From Thermodesulfobacteriota bacterium (GTDB taxonomy: Bacteria > Desulfobacterota_D > UBA1144 > Nemesobacterales > JAJCZQ01), in contig CBDBDR010000017.1 of NCBI GenBank assembly GCA_965203965.1, positions 96,001 through 160,000 of the forward strand: a stretch of 64,000 bases of DNA, written 5' to 3'. Every line of letters begins with the position of its first letter. The stretch's first letter is position 1. The position numbers and the translations under genes are program-made. The notes beneath the pieces are model-generated. The model was not told the DNA's origin and searched no databases. It saw only the letters and a program-made list of their open reading frames with translations. This document shows positions 9,183 through 18,674 of the stretch, in pieces.

Positions 9183-10415
9183 TTAGTGTTCTCCAATAAG
9201 TGAGCTGAACTTCGCTTTAGTGATTTTGTGATCGTATATAGCCTCTATATAATCTGAACGTGACTGGGAGTAAAGAAATTCGGCTTCCGCAAGGTCTATT
9301 CCAGAAGCTCTGCCAAGTCTGGATTTTTCCCTGACGAGGTTAAGATTGTCAAGGGCGATGTTATTGTTAATACGGGTCAGGTCTATTTTTTCCCTACCGA
9401 ACTTCAAATCCATGAAGAGTTTTTTTATCTCTGATTCTATTTTTTTCTTTGCTTTTTCTATTTGTATCAAGGCTCTTGTGGTTTCTGCCTTGCTTATATT
9501 GAGTCTGGCAAGTCTTGCAAAACCTGTGAAGATAGGGAACCGCAGGCCAAGTCCTGCAACTAATGAAGGTTCATCATCTCCTCCTTTTCCTTCGAATCTG
9601 AAAGCAGCTCTGCCGAATATCTGTGGGTAGAATTTACCCTTTGAGGCTTTGGTTTCATTTAATTTAGCTGAATGCTCGGCATTCAACCTCTTTAGTTCCA
9701 AACTGTTTTGTATTGCTTTTTTTAATGAGGAGTTAAGGTCATAGTTGCTAAATTCAAAGTGTTCTTGCTCTGCAAGTTCAATATCTGTGTCAAAATCCGC
9801 TCCTATGCTATTTAGCAGGTTCATTTTGCTCACTTCGTATTGGTTTTGTTTGCTTAGCAGGTTCAGTCTTGCGTTTCCTGCATCAGATATTGCCCTCGTT
9901 AGGTCAAGATCTGACACCCTGCGGAGTTTGTTCTGGACACGTATTTTTTCAAGTGTTGTATTGTTTTTCTCCAGATTTTTTTCAGCGGCTTCCAGTCGGC
10001 TTTTGTTAATTAGTGCCTTGTAGTATAGGATCGTGGTGTTCCGAATAGTATCGTTTAGAACACGACTGTTTAAGTATTCAGCTGCCTTCAGTTCGGATCT
10101 GGCGGTTTTTACATAATTTGAAGTTCTGTTAAAATCCCAGACCAATTGTTCAACCGATATTCCGGATTCACGTTCAAGAAAAGGCAAGACCAATTTGGAC
10201 TCAATTTGTGGGTAAAAATGGGACTTTGCCTTCCTGACCCTGTTTTTGGAAAGATCAACTTCAATCCCTGATAGCTTTAGGGAGAGGTTGTTCTCAGTGG
10301 CTATCTTTATCGCTTCCTCCAGAGAAAGGGTCTTTACCGTTTTTCCCTGGGCTTCCAAGCCGGTGGCAAGCATTATCCCCAGAAGTATTAAGATTAAAAA
10401 AGTTGATCTGTTCAA
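9183..10415 (-). CDS. TolC-family outer membrane efflux protein
   Basis: Signal peptide, LSLEEAIKIATENN, and two OEP repeats (FYPQI twice; LRFPIFTG). Confidence 0.9.
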   Translation of the reverse strand: MNRSTFLILILLGIMLATGLEAQGKTVKTLSLEEAIKIATENNLSLKLSGIEVDLSKNRVRKAKSHFYPQIESKLVLPFLERESGISVEQLVWDFNRTSNYVKTARSELKAAEYLNSRVLNDTIRNTTILYYKALINKSRLEAAEKNLEKNNTTLEKIRVQNKLRRVSDLDLTRAISDAGNARLNLLSKQNQYEVSKMNLLNSIGADFDTDIELAEQEHFEFSNYDLNSSLKKAIQNSLELKRLNAEHSAKLNETKASKGKFYPQIFGRAAFRFEGKGGDDEPSLVAGLGLRFPIFTGFARLARLNISKAETTRALIQIEKAKKKIESEIKKLFMDLKFGREKIDLTRINNNIALDNLNLVREKSRLGRASGIDLAEAEFLYSQSRSDYIEAIYDHKITKAKFSSLIGEH

Positions 10416-10416
10416 T

Positions 10417-11238
10417 TTATACTATATCCGTTACTTTGATCTCGTCGATCTCATTTCCTAAAAATTCGCTACAAATCGTTAGAAAGGCTTCGGAGTTATC
10501 CGTCAGGTAAAAATCTCTTGTTGGTCTTTTTTGTGGATTGGAAAGGATTTGCCCTGATCTTATAAGTCGTAGCAGTTCATTTGCCGTTTCTTCAGCAGAG
10601 TCTATAAGTGTAATGCTTTCGCCAACAACTTGTTTTATAGTCTCTTTCAGTAAAGGATAGTGGGTGCATCCAAGCACCAGAACGTCAACCCCCACTTTAA
10701 CTATTTCATCCAGATACTTTCGGGCTATCTTTAAAGAAATGTCATTGTTGTGCCATCCTTCTTCCGCAAGAGGAACGAACAGTGGGCATGGCTTTTGAAA
10801 CACCTTCAAATTGCTGTTCTGTTCATGCAAAGCTCTGGTATATGCCTCACTCTTAATTGTTGAATGTGTTCCTATCACACCGATCTTGCCGTTTGATGTA
10901 ACCTGTGCGGCTTTTATGGCTCCAGGCTCTATAACCCCTATTATCGGTATGGGCAGAGAGCTTTTCAAACTGTCCAGCGAATATGCCGAAGCTGTGTTAC
11001 AGGCTATGATCAATGTCTTTATGCCTTTGGTCATAAGAAAATTTGCATTGCTCTCAGCATATTTCATCACGGTCCTTCTTGATTTAGAACCGTATGGAAC
11101 CCTTGCTGTATCACCAAGATATATAAGACTTTCATTCGGCAGCAACCGGAAAACTTCTTTGACTACCGTTAATCCACCCACACCTGAATCAAATATCCCA
11201 ATGGATCTATTGTTAGCTGAAATTGAAGGCATGATCAT
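10417..11238 (-). CDS. murI: Glutamate racemase
   Basis: IGIFDSGVGGLTV, GDTARVPYG, IACNTAS, LGCTHYP. Confidence 0.97.
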   Translation of the reverse strand: MIMPSISANNRSIGIFDSGVGGLTVVKEVFRLLPNESLIYLGDTARVPYGSKSRRTVMKYAESNANFLMTKGIKTLIIACNTASAYSLDSLKSSLPIPIIGVIEPGAIKAAQVTSNGKIGVIGTHSTIKSEAYTRALHEQNSNLKVFQKPCPLFVPLAEEGWHNNDISLKIARKYLDEIVKVGVDVLVLGCTHYPLLKETIKQVVGESITLIDSAEETANELLRLIRSGQILSNPQKRPTRDFYLTDNSEAFLTICSEFLGNEIDEIKVTDIV

Positions 11239-13658
11239 TTGCTCTCATTAAAGCTCCCAAACTGCTTGTGTTTTATGGCAAATTCCTCCAGCCTGTTGTC
11301 CACAAGCTCGTTGAATGTTCCCTTTTTAAACTTGCTTTTTGCTCCCCTTTTTCCAGACACCATACAGGTGAGTATCTCAATACCGTCGTCAATAGTCTTA
11401 ATTGGATAAATATGGAAATTTTTGTTTTTGATGGTTTCCACTATCTCTTTTTTGAGCATTAGATTTCTGATGTTATGATGGGGAATGATCACGCCTTGAT
11501 TTCCCGTTAATCCACCAGCTTTACATATATCAAAAAACCCTTCAATTTTTTCATTAATGCCTCCCACTGGCTGTATCTGTCCTTTCTGGTTTACTGACCC
11601 CGTAATCGCCAAATCTTGCTTTACTGGAATTTTAGCAAGGCTGGAAAGCAGTGCGATAAGTTCTGCCGCGGAAGCACTGTCGCCATCTATCATTTCATAG
11701 CTCTGTTCAAATCCAATGCTTGCGGATAAACTCAATGGTTTATCCTGGGCGAATTTTCTGCCGAGGTATCCGCTGAGTATCATCACACCTTTGTCGTGAA
11801 TACTGCCGCTGAGCTTTACACGCCTTTCTATATTTACCACGCCTTCATTACCGATAAACGTTTCGCAAGTGATCCTTGAGGGTTTGCCAAACCGGATATC
11901 TCCCATGTTATATATGGACAGTCCATTTACCTGCCCGACAACTTCTCCAGATGTTTTGATCATTAATGTTCCATTTGAGATCATTTCTTGTATTTTTTCC
12001 TGTATCATGTTGGAGCGGTATACTTTTTCATTAAAAGCTTTCTCAATGTGCTCCGCCTTGATGAACTTGCTTTTTACCGTGGAAGCCCAGTAGTCGGCTT
12101 CAATCAGCAACTTGGAGATCTTTCCAAAATGGACTGAAAATTTATGTTGGTTTTCAGCAATCCTTGAAGAGTATTCCATTAGTCTTTCCACGCCGGGTTT
12201 TTCAACGTCCCTGATCTCATTATTTCTGCATATAAATTTAATAGCACAGGCATATTGCCTGATTTTGTTATTGCTGTTGATGACCGTGTCAAAGTCCGCT
12301 TTGATCTTAAAGAGCTTTTTAAAGTCGGGATCAATGTTATACAACAAGTGATATATATAACCCGGACCGATCATTATTACTTTCACGTCAATGTCAACCG
12401 GAGCAGGTTTAAGTCCAACTCCCGATGTATATCCATATTGCTGAAAAATATCTTCCACTCTGTGTTGACCATTTTCCAGGACTTTTTTAAGTGTGTCCCA
12501 TACAAGAGGGAACTTAAATATATCCAAAACATTTACAACCAGATAGCCACCGTTAGCTGCACATATTGATCCTCCACTTATAAGGGTAAAGTTTGTTACC
12601 ATTGCACCCATTACCAATTCTCTCTCAATCGAGCCAAAAAGATTTACATAGTGGGGCTGGGTTTCATAGACTATCGGTGCCCCATTGGTGTTTGAATTAT
12701 CAATAAATACGTTGACTTTATACTCGGTTAAAGGATGCCGAATGTAGTTTTGTTGGGTGTTTCCCTGTGGAGTGAAGGGAGATACAGGCATCATAGATCT
12801 TTCCTGTCTTGGAAGGAACTTATCTATATTTGTGGCTATATCGTTTTGAACGTCCTGAAGGTGATCTAAAATAACTTGTTGCTTTTTATACTTAATCATT
12901 AAGTTTTCAATATGCTCCTTTACCGTAAATCTGGCAACTTCATTTTCAAGTTCCTTCATGGTGTGAATAAACTCTTTGTCTATTTTTCTTACCTGCTGAA
13001 GTGTTTCGGCAACTTTTGAGTCAACTATCTTTTTATTTTCATTGAGACGATCTCTTGTCTCTTTGTCCATCTGTTCAAGCTGTTGATGTTTTACGGGGTT
13101 GCCGTTCATTAAAGGAACAGTGAAAGTCCCGGTCGGAGTAAACTGTATTTGGATTTTGTGATTTGCTGCAAATTCTCTCAGGCTTTTGAAAAGTTTTTCT
13201 TTCTGGGTGTTCAACTTGTCGGTCAGTTTGCTCTTCTCATTTTCGAATCCCTTACTTTCAAAGGCTTTTGGCAACTCAACTCTCAGTATATTGACAAGCT
13301 CTTCCATATCTCTTTTGAACTCTTTTCCCATTTTTGGCGGAAGAGAAACGATCTTTGGCTCCTTGTGTTTTTCAAAGTTATAAAGGTAGCACCAGTCATT
13401 GGGAATGGGTTCATTTATCACAATTTTCTTCAATACGGCTTCAATGAACGATTTTTTCCCCAGTCCCGGTTGCCCAGCTATGTAAAGGTTGTAGCCATGC
13501 TTCTTTATACCAAGTCCAAGTTTTATGGAAGTTGTTGCCCTTTGTTGTCCTATCATTTCATCTTTTGGGTCAAGTTCCTTGGTGGTTTTAAACCCATATC
13601 TGCTGAGGTTGTATTTCCTGTAAACCTCATTTTCTTTAAGTGTCCTGTGTTTTCTCAT
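11235..13658 (-). CDS. Lon-family protease, LonC/AAA_32 type (S16)
   Basis: IGQQRA, degenerate P-loop GQPGLGKKS, ANGGYL, GQVNGL, and the Ser-Lys dyad motifs DGDSAS and GGINEKIEGF. Confidence 0.9.
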   Translation of the reverse strand: MRKHRTLKENEVYRKYNLSRYGFKTTKELDPKDEMIGQQRATTSIKLGLGIKKHGYNLYIAGQPGLGKKSFIEAVLKKIVINEPIPNDWCYLYNFEKHKEPKIVSLPPKMGKEFKRDMEELVNILRVELPKAFESKGFENEKSKLTDKLNTQKEKLFKSLREFAANHKIQIQFTPTGTFTVPLMNGNPVKHQQLEQMDKETRDRLNENKKIVDSKVAETLQQVRKIDKEFIHTMKELENEVARFTVKEHIENLMIKYKKQQVILDHLQDVQNDIATNIDKFLPRQERSMMPVSPFTPQGNTQQNYIRHPLTEYKVNVFIDNSNTNGAPIVYETQPHYVNLFGSIERELVMGAMVTNFTLISGGSICAANGGYLVVNVLDIFKFPLVWDTLKKVLENGQHRVEDIFQQYGYTSGVGLKPAPVDIDVKVIMIGPGYIYHLLYNIDPDFKKLFKIKADFDTVINSNNKIRQYACAIKFICRNNEIRDVEKPGVERLMEYSSRIAENQHKFSVHFGKISKLLIEADYWASTVKSKFIKAEHIEKAFNEKVYRSNMIQEKIQEMISNGTLMIKTSGEVVGQVNGLSIYNMGDIRFGKPSRITCETFIGNEGVVNIERRVKLSGSIHDKGVMILSGYLGRKFAQDKPLSLSASIGFEQSYEMIDGDSASAAELIALLSSLAKIPVKQDLAITGSVNQKGQIQPVGGINEKIEGFFDICKAGGLTGNQGVIIPHHNIRNLMLKKEIVETIKNKNFHIYPIKTIDDGIEILTCMVSGKRGAKSKFKKGTFNELVDNRLEEFAIKHKQFGSFNESK

Positions 13659-13678
13659 TGGTATGGGTGAATTTTATT

Positions 13679-14695
13679 TTACTTTTCGGTACCAACCACG
13701 ACGTTCTTGTAGTTCTCAAGGTAGCCTTCGGCAAATAGCTTAATGTCTTTCAGTCTTTTTATGCGTATAGTTCTTCTATGTTCCGATTTCTTCCACTCTC
13801 TTATTTCATAAGGAGTTTCGGGCTTGAATTTGGGGACGGGAAGGGCATTACCTTTGTCGTCAATATGAACGAAAGTTAAAAATGCTGTGCACGTGTGGTT
13901 CATGTTCCCTGTTTCCAAATTTTCAGAATCAACCTTTATAGCGACTTCTATTGAAGTTGATCCAACGTAGGTAATTCCGACGTTCAAGATCACAACTTCT
14001 CCTATTCTGATCGGCGAGTAGAAAAATAGGTTATCCAAAGAACCGGTCACAGTAATTCCTTTTGCATATCTCATTGCTAATATGCTTGCACTTTCGTCAA
14101 TATATTTAAGTAGCTTACCAACGGACATATAGTTGCCATGGAAAGCATCTTCGGGCATTACGGATCTGGTAGTAAGCAAATTGGATCTGGTTCTCTCGGT
14201 TTCATCCAAAGCGTTTGCAACCTTCTCTCTTCTTTTCTCTATTTCGAGAAGTCTTCTTTCTTTCCTGTCTTTGGCGGTTTGGATCAGTATCTCTTCTTTT
14301 TTACTCTTGGGTATTATCTTTTTGTTTATGTTTTCCGGGGTTCCATTTTTTCCAACTGCTACAAAAGCTAAATTTGAAAGCGTAATTAGCTTTTTCTCTC
14401 CCGACTCGATGTTTTCCGAATAAACCCTTACCACAACTTCCATAGACGAGCTTCCAACGTATTCGATCCAACTGTCGAGCATTACAATGTCGCCTATTCG
14501 GATAGGGTTTATAAAATCTATACTGTCCGTTGCGCCAAGCAGAGTTGTAGATCTTGAAAATCTTGAAGAAGTTATCGTTCCCATTAGCATGATCCAATCC
14601 ATCAGGCGTCCCCCGTGAAGTGTCCCGAGGTTGTTGGCGTGCTCGGGATATACGAACTGTGTCATGCTGTTCTTGGTGTTTTTAATTCCTTGCAT
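13679..14695 (-). CDS. Double hotdog-fold acyl-CoA thioesterase
   Basis: Two hotdog domains: PEHANNLGTLHGG...YVGSSSMEV and PEDAFHGNYMSVG...YVGSTSIEV. Confidence 0.88.
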   Translation of the reverse strand: MQGIKNTKNSMTQFVYPEHANNLGTLHGGRLMDWIMLMGTITSSRFSRSTTLLGATDSIDFINPIRIGDIVMLDSWIEYVGSSSMEVVVRVYSENIESGEKKLITLSNLAFVAVGKNGTPENINKKIIPKSKKEEILIQTAKDRKERRLLEIEKRREKVANALDETERTRSNLLTTRSVMPEDAFHGNYMSVGKLLKYIDESASILAMRYAKGITVTGSLDNLFFYSPIRIGEVVILNVGITYVGSTSIEVAIKVDSENLETGNMNHTCTAFLTFVHIDDKGNALPVPKFKPETPYEIREWKKSEHRRTIRIKRLKDIKLFAEGYLENYKNVVVGTEK

Positions 14696-14705
14696 ATCCT
14701 AGTAT

Positions 14706-16946
14706 CTATTCTGTGTAGCTTATCTTCAGACTACCGTTTTCCAGATCAATATTTACCGTTCCGCCAGCTGGAAGGTCGCCGAACAGTAGTTTCTTAGATA
14801 ATTTTTCCGTGATTTCCTTGTCAATAAGTCTTTTGATAGGTCTTGCACCAAGCTGTACGTCATAGCCTTTTTTTGCAATATAGGTTCTTGCTTCACTGGA
14901 CAGTTTTATGCTTATTTTTTTTGCCTTTGCTCTGTCTTCAAGCTCCCTTGTCATTTTATTAACTATTTTTTCAACGGTAACCATGTCAAGTGCCTTGAAT
15001 TTCAGGATCGCCGTCAGTCGGTTCCTGAATTCGGGACTGAAGTATTTTTCAATTGCCTCGCTGCTTTTGTCTTCAAATTCTTTCTGGGTAAATCCCATAT
15101 TTCTCCTTGAGCTTTCTCTTGACCCAGTGTTGGTTGTGAAGATCAGTATGACCTGGCGAAAATCAACTCTTCTACCATGTGGATCCGTAAGAGATGCATG
15201 GTCCATGACTTGAAGCAGTATGTTATAAATATCTTGATGAGCTTTTTCAATCTCATCAAGAAGCAGCACGCAATGAGGCGCTTTGTTCACAGTTTCGGTC
15301 AACTGCCCACCCTCTTCATAACCAACGTAGCCCGGTGGTGAACCTATTAACCTTGAAACAGTGTGCTTTTCCATGTATTCACTCATGTCAAATCTGATAA
15401 ATTCTATCCCTAAGATCTCTGCAAGTTTCCTTGCAAGTTCGGTCTTACCGACACCCGTAGGCCCTGAGAACATGAATGACCCTATTGGCTTATTCGGTTC
15501 TTTCAGCCCGGTTCGTGAAACCTGAATGGAGTTTACGAGCTTTTCAACTGCTGCATCTTGACCATAAATATATTTTTTCAGGTCATCCTCCATACCCTCG
15601 AGTAGATTTTTATCCTCTGCCCTTACTGTTCTTGGGGGTATTTTTGTTATTTTAGATACAATGCTTTCCACATCCTTGACGGTAACCTGGGAATATTCCT
15701 GTGTATCGTTTCGCAGCTTGATGGCTGCTCCCGTTTCATCAAGAATGTCAATTGCCTTATCAGGTAATCTCCTGTCGTTCATAAATTTAGCCGACAACTC
15801 AACGGATGCCTTGATCGCTTTTGGTGAATAATAGACTTTGTGGTATTTCTCATAGTATTTTTTAATTCCGGTCAGGATCTTTATGGTTTCGCTTTCATTC
15901 GGTTCATGCACGTCAATTTTCTGAAATCTTCTTGCAAGTGCATTATCCTTTTCAAAAACGCTTCTGAACTCTTTCTGGGTTGTTGTTCCTATGCACCTTA
16001 TGTCACCGTTTGCAAGAACAGGTTTGAGCATATTTGAGGCGTCAAGGCTACCACCTGACACGGCACCGGCACCTATAACCGTGTGTATTTCATCAATGAA
16101 CAGAATTTTTGATGTATCACCCTTTACGCTGTCTATGATGCCTTTCAATCTTTCCTCAAAATCTCCTCTATATCTCGTGCCAGCCGTTAAGGTTCCCATT
16201 TCTAAGGCGTATATGTTTACATTTGCAAGACTTGCCGGTATCTCTCCGTTCACTATTTTGTAGGCAAGTCCTTCTGCAATTGCGGTTTTCCCCACCCCTG
16301 CCTCACCAACAAGTATGGGATTGTTTTTTCTGCGTCTTGATAGTATGTGTATCACTCTGTCAAGTTCGTTCTCCCTACCGATTATGGGATCAATCCTGTT
16401 TTCTCTTGCATTATTGACAAGGTTTGTGCAAAAAAGAGAAAGAGCCCCTTTTTCATTATTTGTTTCCTCACTTTGATCGCCAGTAGTTTTAGATATGGCA
16501 TTTTCAAAATTCTGAGATACTGTCCCGTGTGAAATGTATTTTACGAGCTTATACCTACTAAGACCTTGCTCCATAAGAAAAAAAAGTGCGTGGGACTCAG
16601 GCAGCCTGAACATTGACATCAACAGGTTGCACCCGTTTATTTCTTCCTTATCGGCTGATTCTGCGTGCATGGACGTAATTCTCAGTATGTATTTGCTGCC
16701 AGCCGAATATTTAGGTTCTGGAAGGTGATCTGATTCTATGCTGGGTATGTTCTCTTTAAGAAACTTATCCAGAGATTCCTTGAATATATCCAGATCAACC
16801 CCGCATTCTACCAGTGCGACTGATGCTACTTCATCGTTTGTAAGCTCAAATAGAATGTGTTCGGGAGTTATAAATTCCTGCCTGCGATTTTTTGCCTGTT
16901 CATAAGCTCTGTATAAGGTTTTCTCAAGCTCTTCAGAAAGGATCAA
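14706..16946 (-). CDS. clpA: ATP-dependent Clp protease ATP-binding subunit ClpA
   Basis: Two AAA+ modules (GEAGVGKT; GPTGVGKT), RFDMSEYMEKHTVSRLIG, no M-domain coiled coil, adjacent to clpS. Confidence 0.96.
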   Translation of the reverse strand: MILSEELEKTLYRAYEQAKNRRQEFITPEHILFELTNDEVASVALVECGVDLDIFKESLDKFLKENIPSIESDHLPEPKYSAGSKYILRITSMHAESADKEEINGCNLLMSMFRLPESHALFFLMEQGLSRYKLVKYISHGTVSQNFENAISKTTGDQSEETNNEKGALSLFCTNLVNNARENRIDPIIGRENELDRVIHILSRRRKNNPILVGEAGVGKTAIAEGLAYKIVNGEIPASLANVNIYALEMGTLTAGTRYRGDFEERLKGIIDSVKGDTSKILFIDEIHTVIGAGAVSGGSLDASNMLKPVLANGDIRCIGTTTQKEFRSVFEKDNALARRFQKIDVHEPNESETIKILTGIKKYYEKYHKVYYSPKAIKASVELSAKFMNDRRLPDKAIDILDETGAAIKLRNDTQEYSQVTVKDVESIVSKITKIPPRTVRAEDKNLLEGMEDDLKKYIYGQDAAVEKLVNSIQVSRTGLKEPNKPIGSFMFSGPTGVGKTELARKLAEILGIEFIRFDMSEYMEKHTVSRLIGSPPGYVGYEEGGQLTETVNKAPHCVLLLDEIEKAHQDIYNILLQVMDHASLTDPHGRRVDFRQVILIFTTNTGSRESSRRNMGFTQKEFEDKSSEAIEKYFSPEFRNRLTAILKFKALDMVTVEKIVNKMTRELEDRAKAKKISIKLSSEARTYIAKKGYDVQLGARPIKRLIDKEITEKLSKKLLFGDLPAGGTVNIDLENGSLKISYTE

Positions 16947-17284
16947 CTTTCATCTCCTCCGGATTCAATTTCCAGAATACATTTCAATGGGTGTTCATAT
17001 TTCTGAGCCAGTCTCGCAACCTGTGCCACTTTTGACTTTGCAATGTCGTAGGTGCAAACATCTATTGTGCTTTTTCCCTTTGTGTGTGCTTCAAGCATAA
17101 TCCTGTTGCTTTCATCTTGTGTTTTATAAAAAACTTTCATCACTGCCCAGATGACAAATTCCCTTGGTGTGTAGTCATCGTTTAGAAGAACTATCCTATA
17201 CATATTAGGTTTCTTCAACAGAGGTTTTTCTTCCGTCACCCAGTTAGTTTTTGACATTCCCTGTTTTTCTTTATCTACTGACAT
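16943..17284 (-). CDS. clpS: Clp protease adaptor ClpS
   Basis: YRIVLLNDDYTPREFV, MLEAHTKG, HPLKC. Overlaps the clpA start. Confidence 0.96.
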   Translation of the reverse strand: MSVDKEKQGMSKTNWVTEEKPLLKKPNMYRIVLLNDDYTPREFVIWAVMKVFYKTQDESNRIMLEAHTKGKSTIDVCTYDIAKSKVAQVARLAQKYEHPLKCILEIESGGDES

Positions 17285-17296
17285 TTTTGTGCCTGT

Positions 17297-18499
17297 TTAA
17301 TTACCGTTTAAGTATTTTAGAGGTGATCTTTTGTTATAGTTGTCTATCAGTTTCAGCATATAGTTTCTTTCCTGCTGCAGATAGCTGCTTATTGAATCTG
17401 TTGCAGACTTGTTGAAAAAAAGGTGAGAGCTGTATATTGGCACTGCCTTAAATCCTCTAAGGAATTTATGCTCACCCTGTGCCCCGGCTTCAAATACTTT
17501 AATGTTATTCCGTATTGCATAATCAATTAAACTGTAATAGCAGCACTCAAAATGTAAATTGCTGATATTTGTAATAGTTCCCCAATACCTGCCGAATAGT
17601 CTGGAGCTTTTCAGAAAATTTATTGAACCTCCAAGCCAGTTCTCATTGCTTTTTGCCATGACCATTAACATTCTATCAGAAAAATTGCTGTGAATTAAAT
17701 TAAAGAATTCGTGGTTCAAATAGGCAGTGCCCCATTTTTTCAAATTTGTGTTGCTGTAAAACTGCCACATCGCTTCAATATGTTCCTTTTTTATATCATC
17801 TCCCCTGAGTATTTGTATATCCATATTTAGATCGTAAACAGATTTTCTTTCCTTTTTTACTTGCTTTCTCTTTGAGGATCTAAAATTCTGTAAAAAATGA
17901 TCAAAATCTTCGTAGTCCCTGTTTTCCCAGTGGTATTGGTGTGTAATTCTTTCAATAAAACCCGCTTCCTTCAAAATTTCCTGCTCCTGTTTGTCCATGA
18001 ACAGGCAGTGTATGGATGAGAGTGAAAGCTCTTTTGACAGTTCAATTATGATGTCAACCAAGAGTAGAGAACAGGTTTTGTAGTCGTATTTGGGGTGAAC
18101 GATAATTCTTTTTCCGGTAGTTGGTGTGAATGGAATGCCCACAACTCCTTTGGGATAGTATCTAATCCCTGCCATCTCATAAGCCCTTGCCCATTCCCAA
18201 TCAAAGATAAATTCGCCATAGGAATCCGTCTTTATAAAAAAGGCGAGTGAGGCTATCAGTTTTTGGTTATCAAAAAGAAGGATATATCTCGGGTCCCAGC
18301 CTGTCTGCTTTCCTATACAGCCTGATTTTTCTAAATTCAGCAGGAATTCATAGTCAAAAAAAGGGTGATTCTTATCCTGAATGGCGTTGTAGGCATGCCT
18401 GTCAACTTCGGCAATTGATTCTACTATTACAGTGTTCATTACGGGAGATTTTTTGAGATTTGACAGGATAACTTTACACGGTTTTCTACTGTTAGACAC
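17297..18499 (-). CDS. FemAB-like GNAT protein (DUF482-type); start probably ATG 18439
   Basis: DSYGEFIFDWEWA, YYPK, PFTP, GRYWG, LHFECCYY, FEAGAQGEHKFLRGF. Confidence 0.9.
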   Translation of the reverse strand: MSNSRKPCKVILSNLKKSPVMNTVIVESIAEVDRHAYNAIQDKNHPFFDYEFLLNLEKSGCIGKQTGWDPRYILLFDNQKLIASLAFFIKTDSYGEFIFDWEWARAYEMAGIRYYPKGVVGIPFTPTTGKRIIVHPKYDYKTCSLLLVDIIIELSKELSLSSIHCLFMDKQEQEILKEAGFIERITHQYHWENRDYEDFDHFLQNFRSSKRKQVKKERKSVYDLNMDIQILRGDDIKKEHIEAMWQFYSNTNLKKWGTAYLNHEFFNLIHSNFSDRMLMVMAKSNENWLGGSINFLKSSRLFGRYWGTITNISNLHFECCYYSLIDYAIRNNIKVFEAGAQGEHKFLRGFKAVPIYSSHLFFNKSATDSISSYLQQERNYMLKLIDNYNKRSPLKYLNGN

Positions 18500-18674
18500 A
18501 GAGATTAATTCCCCTTGGATTTAGACAAGAATAAATTGGAGAAGTATTGATAAAGAACTAAAAATTAGTAAAGAATAAAGGTACAATCGTGCCAATAAAA
18601 GTTTTAAAAAACGAGTATAATATAACGATAAATATCAGATTTGTATAAAGAAATAGTTAACATTAGGGGGGTTG

